A stretch of 62,114 bases of DNA, the filler included, from Babesia bigemina (Eukaryota): NCBI RefSeq assembly GCF_000981445.1. It is 8 parts of 8 records of this genome, joined end to end, with 100 filler letters (N's around TTAATTAATTAA, not from the genome) between each part and the next. Parts side by side here need not be neighbours in the genome. Positions count along the whole stretch, not along the records: positions 23,631 to 42,255 come from NW_012236973.1; positions 42,356 to 51,671 come from NW_012236974.1; 6 more parts are not named here. One strand, given 5' to 3'. The notes under the pieces are model-generated. The model saw nothing but the letters and a program-made list of their open reading frames with translations. It searched no databases and was not told the origin of the DNA. Shown piece by piece: positions 39,793-51,771 of the stretch (positions are counted from its first letter, which is position 1; each line of letters begins with the position of its first letter). The translations under genes were made by a program, and so were the position numbers.

Positions 39793-40663
39793 GGATGTAG
39801 AGTGGTTTAGGGAGCGATGAAGGGTGGGTTAGGGAGCGATGTAGAGTGGGTAAAGGGGCGACGTAGAGTGAGTTAGGGAGCGATGTGGAGTGGGTAAAGG
39901 GGCAATGTAGAGTGGATTAGGGGCGATGTAGAGTGGGTAAAGGGGCGATGTAGAGTGGGTTAAGGGGCGATGTAGAGTGGGTTAGGGAGCGATGTAGAGT
40001 GGGTTAAGGGGCGATGTAGAGTGGGTTAGGGAGCGATGTAGAGTGGGTAAAGGGGCGATGTAGAGTGGTTAAGGAGCGATGTAGGGTGGGTTAAGGGGCG
40101 ATGTGGAGTAGGTAAAGGGGCGATGTAGAGTGGGTTAAGGGGCGATGTGGAGTGGGTTAAGGGGCGATGAAGAGTGGGTTAGGGAGCGATGTAAGGTGGT
40201 TAAAGGAGCGATGTAGAGTGGGTTAAGGGGCGATGTGGAGTGGGTTAAGGGACGATGTAGAGTGGGTTAGGGAGCGATGTGGAGTGGGTTAGGGAGCGGT
40301 GTGGAGTGGGTTAAGGGGCGATGTAGAGTGGATAAAGGGGCGATGTAGAGTGGGTTAGGGAGCGATGTAGAGTGGATTAGGGAGCGATGTATAGTGGGTT
40401 AGGGAGCGATGTATAGTGGATAAAGGGGCGATGTAGAGTGGACAAAGGGGCGATGTAGAGTGGACAAAGGGGCGATGTGGAGTGGGTAAAGGGGCGCTGT
40501 AGAGTGGATTGAGGAGCGATGTAGAGTGGAGTAAGGGGCGATGTAGAGTGGATAAAGGGGCGATGTGGAGTGGGTAAAGGGGCGCTGTAGAGTGGATTGA
40601 GGAGCGATGTAGAGTGGAGTAAGGGGCGATGGAGAGTGGATAAAGGGGCGATGTGGAGTGGAT
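39793..40663 (-). repeat. 22-bp telomere-like satellite
   Basis: Tandem units. Confidence 0.95.
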
Positions 40664-40688
40664 GATAAATACTACTTGGGTCACCACT

Positions 40689-40866
40689 GTCATCGCTGCT
40701 GTGACTATGACATCGCTGCTGTGTCCATGTCATCGCTGCCGTAACCATGTCATCGCTGCCGTGACTATGACATCGCTGCCGTGACTATGACATCGCTGCT
40801 GTGTCCATGTCATCGCTGCCGTAACCATGTCATCGCTGCCGTGACCATGACATCGCTGCCGTAACC
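40689..40866 (-). repeat. 20-bp tandem repeat
   Basis: Tandem units. Confidence 0.9.
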
Positions 40867-40871
40867 ACTAA

Positions 40872-41320
40872 CTTGGTCAGGTGCTTGTTCAGCACATTGG
40901 TTAGCACACAGGTCAGGACATTGGTCATGGCATTGGTCACCACCTTGGTCATGGCATTGGTCAGCACATTGGTCAACACGTTGGTCAACACGTTGGTCAG
41001 CACTTTGGTCACCACTCTGGTAAGGTGCTAGGTTACGTTGGTCACCACTTTGGTCATGGCATTGGTCACCACTTTGGTCACCACTTTGGGCAGCACGTTG
41101 GTCAGCACCTTGGTCACCACTTTGGTCATCACTTTGGTCAGCACCTTGGTCACCACTTTGGTCAGCACCTTGGTCAGCACCTTGGTCAGCACCTTGGTCA
41201 TGTGCTTGGTCAGCACTTTGGTCAGCACATTGGTCAGCACATTGGTCAACACGTTGGTCAGCACATTGGTCAGCACCTTGGTCACCACGTTGGTCGTGGC
41301 ATTGGTCAACACTTTAGTTA
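40872..41320 (-). repeat. 12-bp tandem repeat
   Basis: Tandem units. Confidence 0.95.
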
Positions 41321-41437
41321 GCAATTACACAATCACATACAACGATTAATGAGTGATACAGCAGATTAAAACACAATTCATATGTTAGGTGAGTAGGTGA
41401 TGCTAGGTGAGTGTAGACAGTAAACACGTGAGTACGA

Positions 41438-42255
41438 CTAAGGTTGCAGATAAAACACCCTGCCCAGTTTGTTAACACGTCCAGCAGCAAGTAGTGATTG
41501 AGCAGCGATACGATGCGATGATGGACTATGTAGATGCGATTTGATGTGGAGCAGGTCTAGGCGGATGACCATGATGTGGAGGAGGTACAACAGAGAGAGG
41601 AGCCAGAGGGCTAGGACAAGGTAGGAGAAGGGTTCACGGATTTTCCATATGAATTCTGGAATTGTTTCATAGACTAACTTGGCAAGCACATCATTCTCGT
41701 CTTTCACGTCACTGACTACACGTTTCAGTGCGTTGCATAAATCTGCACATGTGCGCTTTCCTTGTACGTCGTTCGCACCGCTTAGGTTGTACGCACTCTG
41801 AAATACGAATCCATACCTCGCCAATGTGGGACGAGTGAACGGGCAATCGGCTATGGATTTACATTCGTCTTTATGAGTGACAGGTTGTTTACCTTTCTGC
41901 AATGTAGGACATGTTTTGGGACATACCTTACCGTTGCATTTGGAACCGGGCGACGTACAGTTTTTGCAACATTCATCGTACAATGCTTTGAGTAGCTGAT
42001 AGAACGTCTCGGTGATATACACTATCCACGAAAGATATTTGTCGGCGTTCTTCTCGGAGAACACCACCCATGTGTTCTGGCCAATAGGCTGCATATAACG
42101 ACCGCAGGTGGTTGTTGTATGTGACTCATCATCGCAGTTTGTCAGACTGAACAAATCACCTTTGAGATGATTACCTTTCGAGTGATTACTGCTTTTGAAT
42201 ATTGACGTCACGATTAACTCCGCTTGCTCATCCCCAAATCTAGCTGCTTTTACTG
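41438..42255 (-). CDS. ves: ves/VESA1-like gene, copy G, 3' end only (tail type 2, RVNKLGRVFYLQP); cut by gap
   Basis: Frame open up to the gap; Cys-rich region, TM, tail like copy C. Confidence 0.85.
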
Positions 42256-42355
42256 NNNNNNNNNNNNNNNNNNNNNNNNNNNNNNNNNNNNNNNNNNNNT
42301 TAATTAATTAANNNNNNNNNNNNNNNNNNNNNNNNNNNNNNNNNNNNNNNNNNNN
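42256..42355. other. Artificial contig spacer
   Basis: 44N+TTAATTAATTAA+44N. Confidence 0.98.
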
Positions 42356-43238
42356 ACATCGCTCCCTAACCCACTCTACATCGCCCCTTTACCCACTCTA
42401 CATCGCCCCTTTGTCCACCCTGCATCGCTCCCTAACCCACTCCACATCGCCCCTTTGTCCACCCTGCATCGCTCCCTAACCCACTCCACATCGCCCCTTT
42501 ACCCACTCTACATCGCCCCTTTATCCACTCTACATCGCTCCCTTACCCACGCTACATCGCTCCTTAACCCACTCTTCATCGCTCCTTAACCCACTCTTCA
42601 TCGCTCCTTAACCCACTCTACATCGCTCCCTAACCCACTCCACATCGCCCCTTTATCCACTCCACATCGCCCCTTAACCCACTCTACACCGCTCCCTAAC
42701 CCACTCTTCATCGCCCCTTTACCCACTCTACATCGCCCCTTTATCCACCCTTCATCGCTCCTCTACCCACTCCACATCGCTCCTCTACCCACTCTACATC
42801 GCCCCTTTATCCACTCCACATCGCTCCTTTATCCACTCTACATCGCCCCTTGATCCACTCTACATCGCTCCCTAACCCACTCTACATCGCTCCCTAATCC
42901 ACTCTACATCGCCCCTTATCCACTCTACATCGCCCCTTAACCCACTCTACATCGCCCCTTATCCACTCCACATCGCTCCCTAATCCACTCTACATCGCCC
43001 CTTAACCCACTCTACATCGCTCTTAACCCACCCTACATCGCCCCTTAACCCACTGTACATCGCTCCCTAACCCACTCTACATCGCTCCCTAACCCACTCT
43101 ACATCGCCCCTTTACCCACTCTACATCGCTCCCTTATCCACTCTACATCGCTCCTTAACCCACTCTACATCGCTCCTTTACCCTCTCTACATCATCCCTT
43201 TATCCACTCTACATCGCCCCTTTATCCACTCTACATCC
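42356..43238 (+). repeat. 22-bp telomere-like satellite
   Basis: C-rich on + strand, upstream of copy F. Confidence 0.95.
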
Positions 43239-43239
43239 T

Positions 43240-43328
43240 TCAAATCACCTCGCCATATTACCGCTATGACCTCCTTAAACCATACCAATAACTTGTGCCT
43301 CGTCACCCTTCACTTCCCTTCTGACTGA
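43240..43328 (+). promoter_or_regulatory. Conserved ves 5' leader with 20-codon uORF (MTSLNHTNNLCLVTLHFPSD*)
   Basis: ATG 43266, TGA 43326-43328. Confidence 0.6.
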
Positions 43329-43341
43329 GTCCATCGACTGG

Positions 43342-46300
43342 TTGATCCAGGTTAGGTATGGGAATGGTGGTAGTGGTGATGGTCTTACCAAGTTGTCTCA
43401 AGCTTTGAAAAAGTTGATTGAGGAGGCTATAAGTAGCGCTACTAACTCCCTTGAAGCCGAAAAATCTAAGCTCTCTTGCCCCTTCAAATACTCTGATAAG
43501 GAGACTTACTGTCAGTACTACGAGAAGCAGATTGAAGATTCTAAAAAACTTAATGCACCTAAACAACAAAATAATTCCAGTAACAATCACAATATAAGTC
43601 TACTTGAACAATGTATCAAGGACTGTAAATCTAAGCACGATAAACATCCTCCATCTCTTGCCTTGAAGTCTGTTGAAGAGATGATTGTCCAGCTTGGTGA
43701 ATTGGCTGGTAAGCTTGGAGGATTTGTTGGTGAGAGTGAGAGTGTTAAGAAAGCCGTTATATATGCTATTATCGCTCTAATTAACAGTAATGAAGAGCTT
43801 AAAAATGACCTAAAAGATGTTTACTCTTCTCTTGTTACTAAGCTTTCTGAGTCTGTCAAGCCTGTTGACCAGGCTGATGACACCGTGAAAATTAGTGAGC
43901 TTAAGCAGCGAGTTAAGAAAGAAATTACTGAAATTAATCAACAACTTAATAAGCAAATTAAGCTTTCTAATAACTCTCCTTCTTCCCCCTCTCCCTCTGC
44001 TGAGTCAGCCAAATTGCAGTCCAAGTTGGAGGCTTTGGAGAAAGTGGAGAAGCTTTGTGGATTTCATGAGAATCTTAAGAATGCGTCAAATAATCCTAAA
44101 AAGCTCTTAGATAATTTATGTTCCGGCCTCGAGACTTTCCTCGGCTTCAACTCTGAGAGTAAAGGCTACGACGGCTCTGGGATAGTGTACTCTGACCTTG
44201 ACAGGCTGTGTGACGGGGTGATGGGATTTTTGAGTGGTGTGCTTGGTGCGGTGAAAAACACTCAGACATACAATGTGGGTAAAAATACATTAAATTCGGT
44301 AAGTGATGAAATTAACAAACATCTTTGTTCAGGCCACGATGGTTTCAATAAGCTTCTTCCCATCCTGACTAAAGAGATCGAGAGGTACAACAGGGAAGTG
44401 AGAGAGTCGAATGATAAAGTTAAAAAGCCCATTAATGAGTTAATTAAATACGTCAAAGATCGAGGTGAGTTCCTTGTTGGTGTTAATAAAATTCAGGTTG
44501 AGAAGATTACTGAACACAATGAAGTGGAGAACGCTGAGAAGATGATTGACGAGAGCCTTAAGGAGTGCCAGCAGAAAGCTGCGGAATTTAACGAGAACTA
44601 CAATCTCGAAAAACAAACAGATATGAAAAATGCTATTAGTTATCTCAATTCCACATTAAGTGAACGTGTCCATGTAGCGTTGAGGGCGGTGAGCCATGAG
44701 ACGGAGAGGCTTCAGGCCTTGTCAGGTAAGGAACGTAAGGACCTTGATGGTTTGCAGGCGAAAATTAGTACGACGTTGAACGATCTGAAATGTAATGTAA
44801 ATGAGCGAATTAAGATAAAAGTTGCCGAGCTTGTTAGGGTTTTGAAGGAAGCGGTCAAGAAGATCCTGATGGAGTTGCAGAGTATCAGCCGAGTGTTAGG
44901 AAACTACGTTCATAACATGGGAACGTGGATGTCGGAGGCTGATAAAACGCTGGATAAGGCCTTGAATAAGGTGGATGAAATAATAAAGAAAGTTGATTTG
45001 AATGATGGAGCTGAATACCCTAGGCAAATGCAGACAGAAATCGAGCAGATTCTGCTTCAGGCCAATGTTCTATTTGAGACTGCGGGGGCTGCGGGAGAGA
45101 AAGTTACAGAGTTGGTGACGGCGGCGAAGGATAAAGTCAAGAAATTGGAGGAGGGGCTTATGCAGGATTTGTACGGCTTGAGGGATGCGATTAGGTTGAA
45201 GGTCAATAAAATTCAGGACGAAATAGGGAAGCTTCACGCTGTGGTTGAGCAAGGCGAATCAACCAAAGTGACACATAAAACAATTGCGAAAGTCATTGAG
45301 CACATTCAGAATCAGATTGCAGATATCGAGGGACGATCAGGTCTGCAGGGTATCGTCGAAGGCGTTAAATCTTTTGCAGCGAAATTTAAAGAAGATGGAG
45401 ACGCAACTCTAGGGGGTATTGTAAAGCAGTGGATTGTACAGATTTTGGGTAGGGAACCGGTAAAGGGTTGTATAGATAAATATATTGACGATAACAAAGG
45501 TAAATTCGAGGACCATGGTATCAATCACGCAGGACACACTGGAATTGATTCGAAATTTAAAAACAGAATCGCGGAACTTATTATTGCCAAGCTTAAGGAA
45601 AGTGGTAACGATATTATTAATGCTGCAGCTAAAGCAGTCAAAAATGATTTCGATCAAATTGGCGACGGTGAAAGCGTTGCGGTTAGCATTCAAGGATACA
45701 TTGGCGCAATCAAAAAAAGTTGCGATACATTTGCCGCAGAGCTTGGTGATAAAATAAAGCACCTAAGATTCTACGTACGCAATATTGTCAACGCCATCGG
45801 GAGCGATACAAAATTGTTCAGTGCTAGGGAAAAGGGAACGCATGTCAAAAGTAACCTTGATGCTGCCGTCTCTATCACTCTCCAACAACTCGTCGCGACG
45901 GCCGTTGAAGCTGGTGAAGCCATTCGAGCTTTCGCCGATGATGAAGGTACTGCAATGCAACGGTGTTTAAATGAATCTTTTGTTACGGCTGATGATCTTA
46001 ATAAGAAGCTTCAAATAGCGCTTGGCCAAGGTAGTACTTCGGGCGGCATTAACTATGCAGGCAAAGTTGACAAAGCGATTACGGACGTCAGCACTGAGAT
46101 TAACACCCAGTTGCCAGATGACCAGGATCCTGCTAATATAAGGGGTGATCCACGTATATCATTGGAGAAATTCACGTTATCCTTTGCCAAGCCTAACACA
46201 AGCGGCGGAGGTAGGGGCGGCAGTAAAAGCAAAAAAGAGTTGCTTGACGATGCTATTGAAAAGATACAAAATGATGTAAACGATACGTTGCAAGGTGCCA

Positions 46301-49300
46301 ACCACCCGCACGCTGAAATCATATCTCACGCTTCTGCTCTTACCAGATACCTAAATTATCTTTGCACTGCGGTCAGAGATGCGGCAAAAGCGGAGAACCC
46401 AGAGGGGTTGAAAAAAAAGTTATTAGAGTTGAAGGATTTCATTAACAACGACGGCGCCATGATTAACGGCAAGAAACATAAGGGTTTAAATAAATTGCAT
46501 GGTGAGCTTAAAGAACTGCGAGACAGAGTGGACAAAAATCCCATCGCCTGGGCCAAGTCCTTCGAAGAGTACGCCGGCCGTATTTGCGAGCAGTACGTGA
46601 AACCAATGCACCAACATGTCGAAGACCAAGTCACTGATGCCGTCTCAAAGATAACCACGGAAGCGCGCAGAAACTACATCTCCTCCATTCAGTCGCTACT
46701 ACAGTGCTTTGCGTCCAAGGTTCACAGCGAGCTGGAAACGTTGCCCAAGTCCATTGAAGACGATTTGACGCTTGGCTTCAAGGGCTTCATGGTGAAGTTT
46801 GAAAAGAGCTTCATTACGAACGAAAAGTCAATTAAAGGTATTAAAGACATTGAAACTACAAGTCCACAGAAAGAATCTCCACTGCGACAGGCGGCAACAA
46901 AATTCTTCGGAAGCGTCAACAGATTCCTACATGGTTTAGAGACACAGCCGGACTTCAAAACGGACTATGAAAAAATTAAGCCAACACGTGAGGCGCTGGC
47001 TAAGTTATTCGGAGGCCTTGTCACTTCCGAGTACTTCGATCACGAGTTTTCTCGAAATCTATCGGCGCTGAGAGTAACGCTCAGTGAATTGAAGCCCGCT
47101 ACCTATGGCGAATCTAAGTGTCCGTTGCTGCTCAATACTCTGAAGGACGGTTTCACGACTTTGGTCAGTGAACTCAACAATGCGTACATCTCAGCGTACG
47201 ACAGTGAGACCTTCAACGGTGAGCTAGTAAAAAACCTTCAACACGTATCCAGCACTAGTGACGTTAATATGATATATGATCTGACCGACGAAGGCACCAG
47301 GTTGTCTAAGGTGTTCCTCACGGTGCTCCGCACCTTGGACGTTTCGCTTCATACGTTGAAATCTAACTGCAAAAGTTTGCCAAAGAAACGAATCAACAGA
47401 GATACTGACATCGGCGATCTGTTAGCCGAGCAAGGTTACAAAGTGTCGGATAACGGGGAGCAAAATGGCGAGCTGCAAGACAAAAGTGAAATGACCGGAG
47501 AGCGTATCCTAGGCCGACTTATCGGTCCTAGTGAAAAGGTATACAGCAGCCACGATGATGCAAGAGAGAAAGGACCACTTAATACGCTTTCTAGTTATCT
47601 TAAGCTTTACTACGATGTCTGTCACCAAGCACTCCGGCCCAAATCACGACTGCCGTGTAATGTTAATGAAATGCTTGTATGGTTCACCGGCCTGCCACAT
47701 CACCCCGTTTACGAGGAGTTGATACAGAACGGCCTCAGTGCGCCGTTTGAGAATCCATCTAAGCAGACAGTTGTGGACGATGACGGCCTTGAGCTGACGT
47801 TAACAGACACGCGGGTGGAATCCATAACAGCGCATCCAAGCAACATCACGTACAACAGCGTAAGTAAAGCGCTGCAACATCTGTGTACGAAATCTTATGA
47901 TCTGCTCACCACCGTTATGGGCCACGGCAACGCCGAGACAGTGTACGCGGTCGACTTCCACACAAACACCTTCAACCTCAAATATCCCACTTCCGGTGAG
48001 GAATGTCTGCAAACCATTCTCGACATTCTGCGTCGTATGTTGCCGTCCCTCAGATACTTGTATTACCAATGCAGTCTAGGTACAAACCACGGTGGATGGG
48101 CGCAATGCCTATACGGCAGAGATATCAAGACGAGCAAATGGCCATGCAAAAATCACTCAACGGATGAACCAAAATGCCAACCAAACGACAAAGTAACGTG
48201 CCAACCAAATTGTCAACCAACGTCTCCATTAATGTCATATCTGGGTGACTGCTTAATTGGTCACTTGCCTCACAAGCTGACTTCCATCGGCTGCCGGTCC
48301 GTTTGCTCAACGTGTCCGTCTGTCGCTAAACTCGGAATGCCATGCGTCACTCCCCTCGGTTTCAGGGCGTTCTCAGGATCTACCAAAACTGGTAGAGATA
48401 TATATGAAATTCTGAGGCTGCTGTTTGGTAGTGGATTAGTCTCGTCCCTTCTGTGCCTTGTACCCAGCCCGCCGAGCACGCTGCCTGAGCACTTCCAGTT
48501 TGCGTTGGCGTTAGGTAATATGTTGCATAAAGGTAAAAGCTCCAGCGCTAATGGCGTCAGTGCAGCGTTTAGAACATCGATCGAGAATGCATCTATTCGT
48601 CTCTACGAGAATCCAATGGAGCTGACCGACGCGCTTGGCGAGGCCTATGGTAATACGCAGGCTGACCACAGTCATACCAGCGGGGAACCTAAACATGCCC
48701 CGTTATCCAGTTTATCGATGAAGGAATCATGTATGCTTCCTAAGACCGACAATATTTTCTGTGGTCCCTACCTTCAATCACTGTACCACGATTCCTATTA
48801 TTCTCTTGCTGAGAAGCATTGTAACCTGTACTTGTCCTGGGCGATATACTTTCCGTGGCAATTTTGGAATTATCTGAAAACCCTGTACGATTCCTTCTGC
48901 AGTATATCCTGCCAGGACTGGGGCTGCAGTGGTTGCTTAAGAGGCGACAAATGCAAGACGGGCAAACACGGTACGGACTACAACTGCAGATGCTGGAGTG
49001 TCGTCAAATGCCGCGGAGTGCAAAGCACTTTCTACAGTTACGGATTCACATTCGGCGACGCGAAGAAATTGTTGGACGACAATGAACTGAGGTATTGCCA
49101 CGATTTCTGCAAACAACTTGAGAATATTCTCAATTCACAATTTCTCAAGGACCTCCTCCAAAAGTGCGACGAATTCATATTCACCATTAGGCAGCCGTTT
49201 ATATGGCTTAACGTCGCACTTTGGTCACTGTCCCTCTTCTACCTCATCTGCGTAATGGTTGGCAGACTGGATGTGCTGCATATCAAGTCACACCTGAGAT

Positions 49301-49389
49301 CACCGTCATCGCACAGGATAACGGCGCAATCATTGTTGGCTGCAGCGCAAGTCGGAAGGCTTGCCAAGATATCGTATCTACAACCGTAA
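43342..49389 (+). CDS. ves: ves/VESA1-like variant surface antigen, copy F (~2015 aa); homology begins at ESIDW (43327), first ATG 43681
   Basis: ESIDWLIQV, hub, Cys-rich C-terminus, TM, AKISYLQP. Confidence 0.88.
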   Translation: MIQVRYGNGGSGDGLTKLSQALKKLIEEAISSATNSLEAEKSKLSCPFKYSDKETYCQYYEKQIEDSKKLNAPKQQNNSSNNHNISLLEQCIKDCKSKHDKHPPSLALKSVEEMIVQLGELAGKLGGFVGESESVKKAVIYAIIALINSNEELKNDLKDVYSSLVTKLSESVKPVDQADDTVKISELKQRVKKEITEINQQLNKQIKLSNNSPSSPSPSAESAKLQSKLEALEKVEKLCGFHENLKNASNNPKKLLDNLCSGLETFLGFNSESKGYDGSGIVYSDLDRLCDGVMGFLSGVLGAVKNTQTYNVGKNTLNSVSDEINKHLCSGHDGFNKLLPILTKEIERYNREVRESNDKVKKPINELIKYVKDRGEFLVGVNKIQVEKITEHNEVENAEKMIDESLKECQQKAAEFNENYNLEKQTDMKNAISYLNSTLSERVHVALRAVSHETERLQALSGKERKDLDGLQAKISTTLNDLKCNVNERIKIKVAELVRVLKEAVKKILMELQSISRVLGNYVHNMGTWMSEADKTLDKALNKVDEIIKKVDLNDGAEYPRQMQTEIEQILLQANVLFETAGAAGEKVTELVTAAKDKVKKLEEGLMQDLYGLRDAIRLKVNKIQDEIGKLHAVVEQGESTKVTHKTIAKVIEHIQNQIADIEGRSGLQGIVEGVKSFAAKFKEDGDATLGGIVKQWIVQILGREPVKGCIDKYIDDNKGKFEDHGINHAGHTGIDSKFKNRIAELIIAKLKESGNDIINAAAKAVKNDFDQIGDGESVAVSIQGYIGAIKKSCDTFAAELGDKIKHLRFYVRNIVNAIGSDTKLFSAREKGTHVKSNLDAAVSITLQQLVATAVEAGEAIRAFADDEGTAMQRCLNESFVTADDLNKKLQIALGQGSTSGGINYAGKVDKAITDVSTEINTQLPDDQDPANIRGDPRISLEKFTLSFAKPNTSGGGRGGSKSKKELLDDAIEKIQNDVNDTLQGANHPHAEIISHASALTRYLNYLCTAVRDAAKAENPEGLKKKLLELKDFINNDGAMINGKKHKGLNKLHGELKELRDRVDKNPIAWAKSFEEYAGRICEQYVKPMHQHVEDQVTDAVSKITTEARRNYISSIQSLLQCFASKVHSELETLPKSIEDDLTLGFKGFMVKFEKSFITNEKSIKGIKDIETTSPQKESPLRQAATKFFGSVNRFLHGLETQPDFKTDYEKIKPTREALAKLFGGLVTSEYFDHEFSRNLSALRVTLSELKPATYGESKCPLLLNTLKDGFTTLVSELNNAYISAYDSETFNGELVKNLQHVSSTSDVNMIYDLTDEGTRLSKVFLTVLRTLDVSLHTLKSNCKSLPKKRINRDTDIGDLLAEQGYKVSDNGEQNGELQDKSEMTGERILGRLIGPSEKVYSSHDDAREKGPLNTLSSYLKLYYDVCHQALRPKSRLPCNVNEMLVWFTGLPHHPVYEELIQNGLSAPFENPSKQTVVDDDGLELTLTDTRVESITAHPSNITYNSVSKALQHLCTKSYDLLTTVMGHGNAETVYAVDFHTNTFNLKYPTSGEECLQTILDILRRMLPSLRYLYYQCSLGTNHGGWAQCLYGRDIKTSKWPCKNHSTDEPKCQPNDKVTCQPNCQPTSPLMSYLGDCLIGHLPHKLTSIGCRSVCSTCPSVAKLGMPCVTPLGFRAFSGSTKTGRDIYEILRLLFGSGLVSSLLCLVPSPPSTLPEHFQFALALGNMLHKGKSSSANGVSAAFRTSIENASIRLYENPMELTDALGEAYGNTQADHSHTSGEPKHAPLSSLSMKESCMLPKTDNIFCGPYLQSLYHDSYYSLAEKHCNLYLSWAIYFPWQFWNYLKTLYDSFCSISCQDWGCSGCLRGDKCKTGKHGTDYNCRCWSVVKCRGVQSTFYSYGFTFGDAKKLLDDNELRYCHDFCKQLENILNSQFLKDLLQKCDEFIFTIRQPFIWLNVALWSLSLFYLICVMVGRLDVLHIKSHLRSPSSHRITAQSLLAAAQVGRLAKISYLQP

Positions 49390-49537
49390 TTGTAATCACG
49401 TTTGCAATTCACTGTAACTCACGTAACTACTCACCTACTCACCTAAATGACAAACGTTGTATAATGTCTCGAATTACTCTAGCGGCAACCTGTGAACTAG
49501 ATAGCACCTAGATTAGGTTACGACTGAACGACCCAGC

Positions 49538-49815
49538 AACGTGTTATCCTAGCAACCGGGCAAAGTGCTATCCTAGCAATTAGGCAAAGTGCTAAGCTAG
49601 CAACCAGGCAACGTGTTGACGTAGCAACCAGGCAAAGTGTTGAGCTAGCACTCAGGCAATGTGCTAAGCTAGCACCCAGGCAAAGTGCTAAGCTAGCAAC
49701 CAGGCAAAGTGCTAAGCTGGCACACAAGCAAAGTGCTAAGCTAGCAACCAGGCAAAGTGTTAACCTAGCACACAGGCAAAGTGTTAACCTAGCACACAGG
49801 CAAAGTGCTAAGCTG
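49538..49815 (+). repeat. 24-bp tandem repeat
   Basis: Tandem units. Confidence 0.95.
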
Positions 49816-50330
49816 GCGGATGAAACGTAATTTGGTGGGTGTTGTAGCACGTTGATTGCCTGGTGCGTTGAGTTACGCGTTGACTGTGAGAGGTGTCCGC
49901 GTTGCCTATTGAGTGAGTGTCACGTGAGGCTGGGTGATTGGTCGCTACGTAGGCGGTCGTGAGGGCCGCGGCGGGTGACCTAAGTCGTGTGTTGCGAGTC
50001 ACTGGCAGGGTGGAGTAATCGGCGTCAGCCTGGTTAAGTAGCGTTTATAAGCGTCAATGTAGCGATTGTTAACATCACATTTAGGCACGTAGCCGACACG
50101 CTCCGCCTGAATGGCGCCGATACCGCGGCACGTGGCACGGTGCTGCTGCACTGTGGGAGTTGAGCGCACGGGGTTCGCTGCAGTTTTCATGGCGTTGCGA
50201 ATAGTGAATAATTTAGAGTGACAGTTGGTGCTGATGACATGCGTCGCGCCAGGGCAGCTGTGGTATCCCGGGCAGCGTGGGTGTCGGTGGCCTGGGCTGG
50301 GGGATGCAGGGGTGAGGGTGAGTGTTGATG
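49816..50330 (+). other. ~500-bp conserved GC-rich element (copy 3)
   Basis: Reverse-complement homolog of 2165-2677. Confidence 0.85.
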
Positions 50331-51008
50331 AGGGGACTGGGAGCGGCAGTGGTAGTGTTGCAGTTGGTGAGTGCTGCTTGAGTGATTGATATGTTCGCAG
50401 GCTGAGGGGACTGGGCGCGGCAGTGGTAGTGTTGTAGTGGGTGAGTGCTGCTTGAGTGATTGATATGTTCGCAGGCTGAGGGGACTGGGCGCGGCAGTGG
50501 TAGTGTTGCAGTTGGTGAGTGCGTTGCTAGGTGATTGATATGTTAGCAGGTTAGGGGACTGGGAGGCGCAGTGGTACGTGTTGCAGGTGGTGAGTGCTTT
50601 TCTAGGTGATTGATATGTTCGCAGGTTGAGGGGAGTGGGAGCGGCAGTGGTAGTGTTGCAGTTGGTGAGTGCGTTGCTAGGTGATTGATATGCTTGCAGG
50701 TTGAGGGGAGTGGGAGCGGCAGTGGTACGTGTTGCAGTTGGTGAATGCTTGCTGAGGTGATTGATATGTTTGCAGGTTGAGGCGACTGGGCGCGGCAGTG
50801 GTAGTGTTGCAGTTGGTGAGTGCTGCTTAGGTGATTGACATGTTCGCAGGTTGAGGCGACTGGAACGGCAGTGGTACGTGTTGCAGTTGGTGAGTGCTTG
50901 CTAGGTGATTGATGTTTGCCGGTTGAGGGGACTGTGAGCGGCAGTGGTAGTGTTGCAGTTGGTGAGTGCGTTGCATAGGTGATTGATATGCTTGCAGGTT
51001 GAGGGGAC
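50330..51008 (+). repeat. ~75-bp tandem repeat (~9 units)
   Basis: Ends a few nt before ATG 51012. Confidence 0.95.
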
Positions 51009-51011
51009 AAG

Positions 51012-51569
51012 ATGAGTGATTATATGAGGTGTATATGTAATACGGGATGTCGAATGGGTTTTAGTTGTATTTGTTGTCCGTGGTGCTGTGAGAAGTGTAC
51101 GACTGGTCGGGGTTGCAATGGATGTTGGGGATATATCTGGAAGCGCACTAATAACAGAGATACAAGTTACAAGTGCGAAACGTTCGGTTGTAAAACAAAA
51201 TGTGCAGGCAAGGAGGACAAATGTCAATGTAAATGTTGTAAACAGAGATGTACAAGTAAAGAAGCTGAAGTCTGCCGTGTCCCTCCCCCCCCTCCACCTC
51301 CACTCCCTGGTTCCCCCGGTCTTCAGTCTCAGTCCGAGAGTCAAGCGCTGTTGTCCGGTCCTCCCACTGATGATAGTTCCAGCAACTACCTTGAAGAAAA
51401 AGCCTCCCCAGGTCTCTCAATATCCCCCTCCGCCATCGCCGCCGTCATCGTTGCCCTCATCGTCGCCATCATCCTGCTCGACCTGTGCATCTTCCGCTTC
51501 CCGGTGGGCCGCAACATCCGCGATTTCCTCGTCCGCAAGATACCCTTCTGCATCGCGTTTTACAGCTGA
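51012..51569 (+). CDS. Small Cys-rich single-pass membrane protein (185 aa), tail type 2 (LLDLCIFRFPVGRNIRDFLVRKIPFCIAFYS)
   Basis: CICCPWCCEKC and CQCKCC motifs, Pro/Ser linker, TM. Confidence 0.82.
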   Translation: MSDYMRCICNTGCRMGFSCICCPWCCEKCTTGRGCNGCWGYIWKRTNNRDTSYKCETFGCKTKCAGKEDKCQCKCCKQRCTSKEAEVCRVPPPPPPPLPGSPGLQSQSESQALLSGPPTDDSSSNYLEEKASPGLSISPSAIAAVIVALIVAIILLDLCIFRFPVGRNIRDFLVRKIPFCIAFYS

Positions 51570-51671
51570 GATCAGCAATTTGTTGGCGCTAACATCGTAA
51601 TCCAAATCCCACTGATCACCTAACTGGCAACTGACATCTAATGTTTTAGACAGTAATGATTGCATTGATGA

Positions 51672-51771
51672 NNNNNNNNNNNNNNNNNNNNNNNNNNNNN
51701 NNNNNNNNNNNNNNNTTAATTAATTAANNNNNNNNNNNNNNNNNNNNNNNNNNNNNNNNNNNNNNNNNNNN
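51672..51771. other. Artificial contig spacer
   Basis: 44N+TTAATTAATTAA+44N. Confidence 0.98.
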
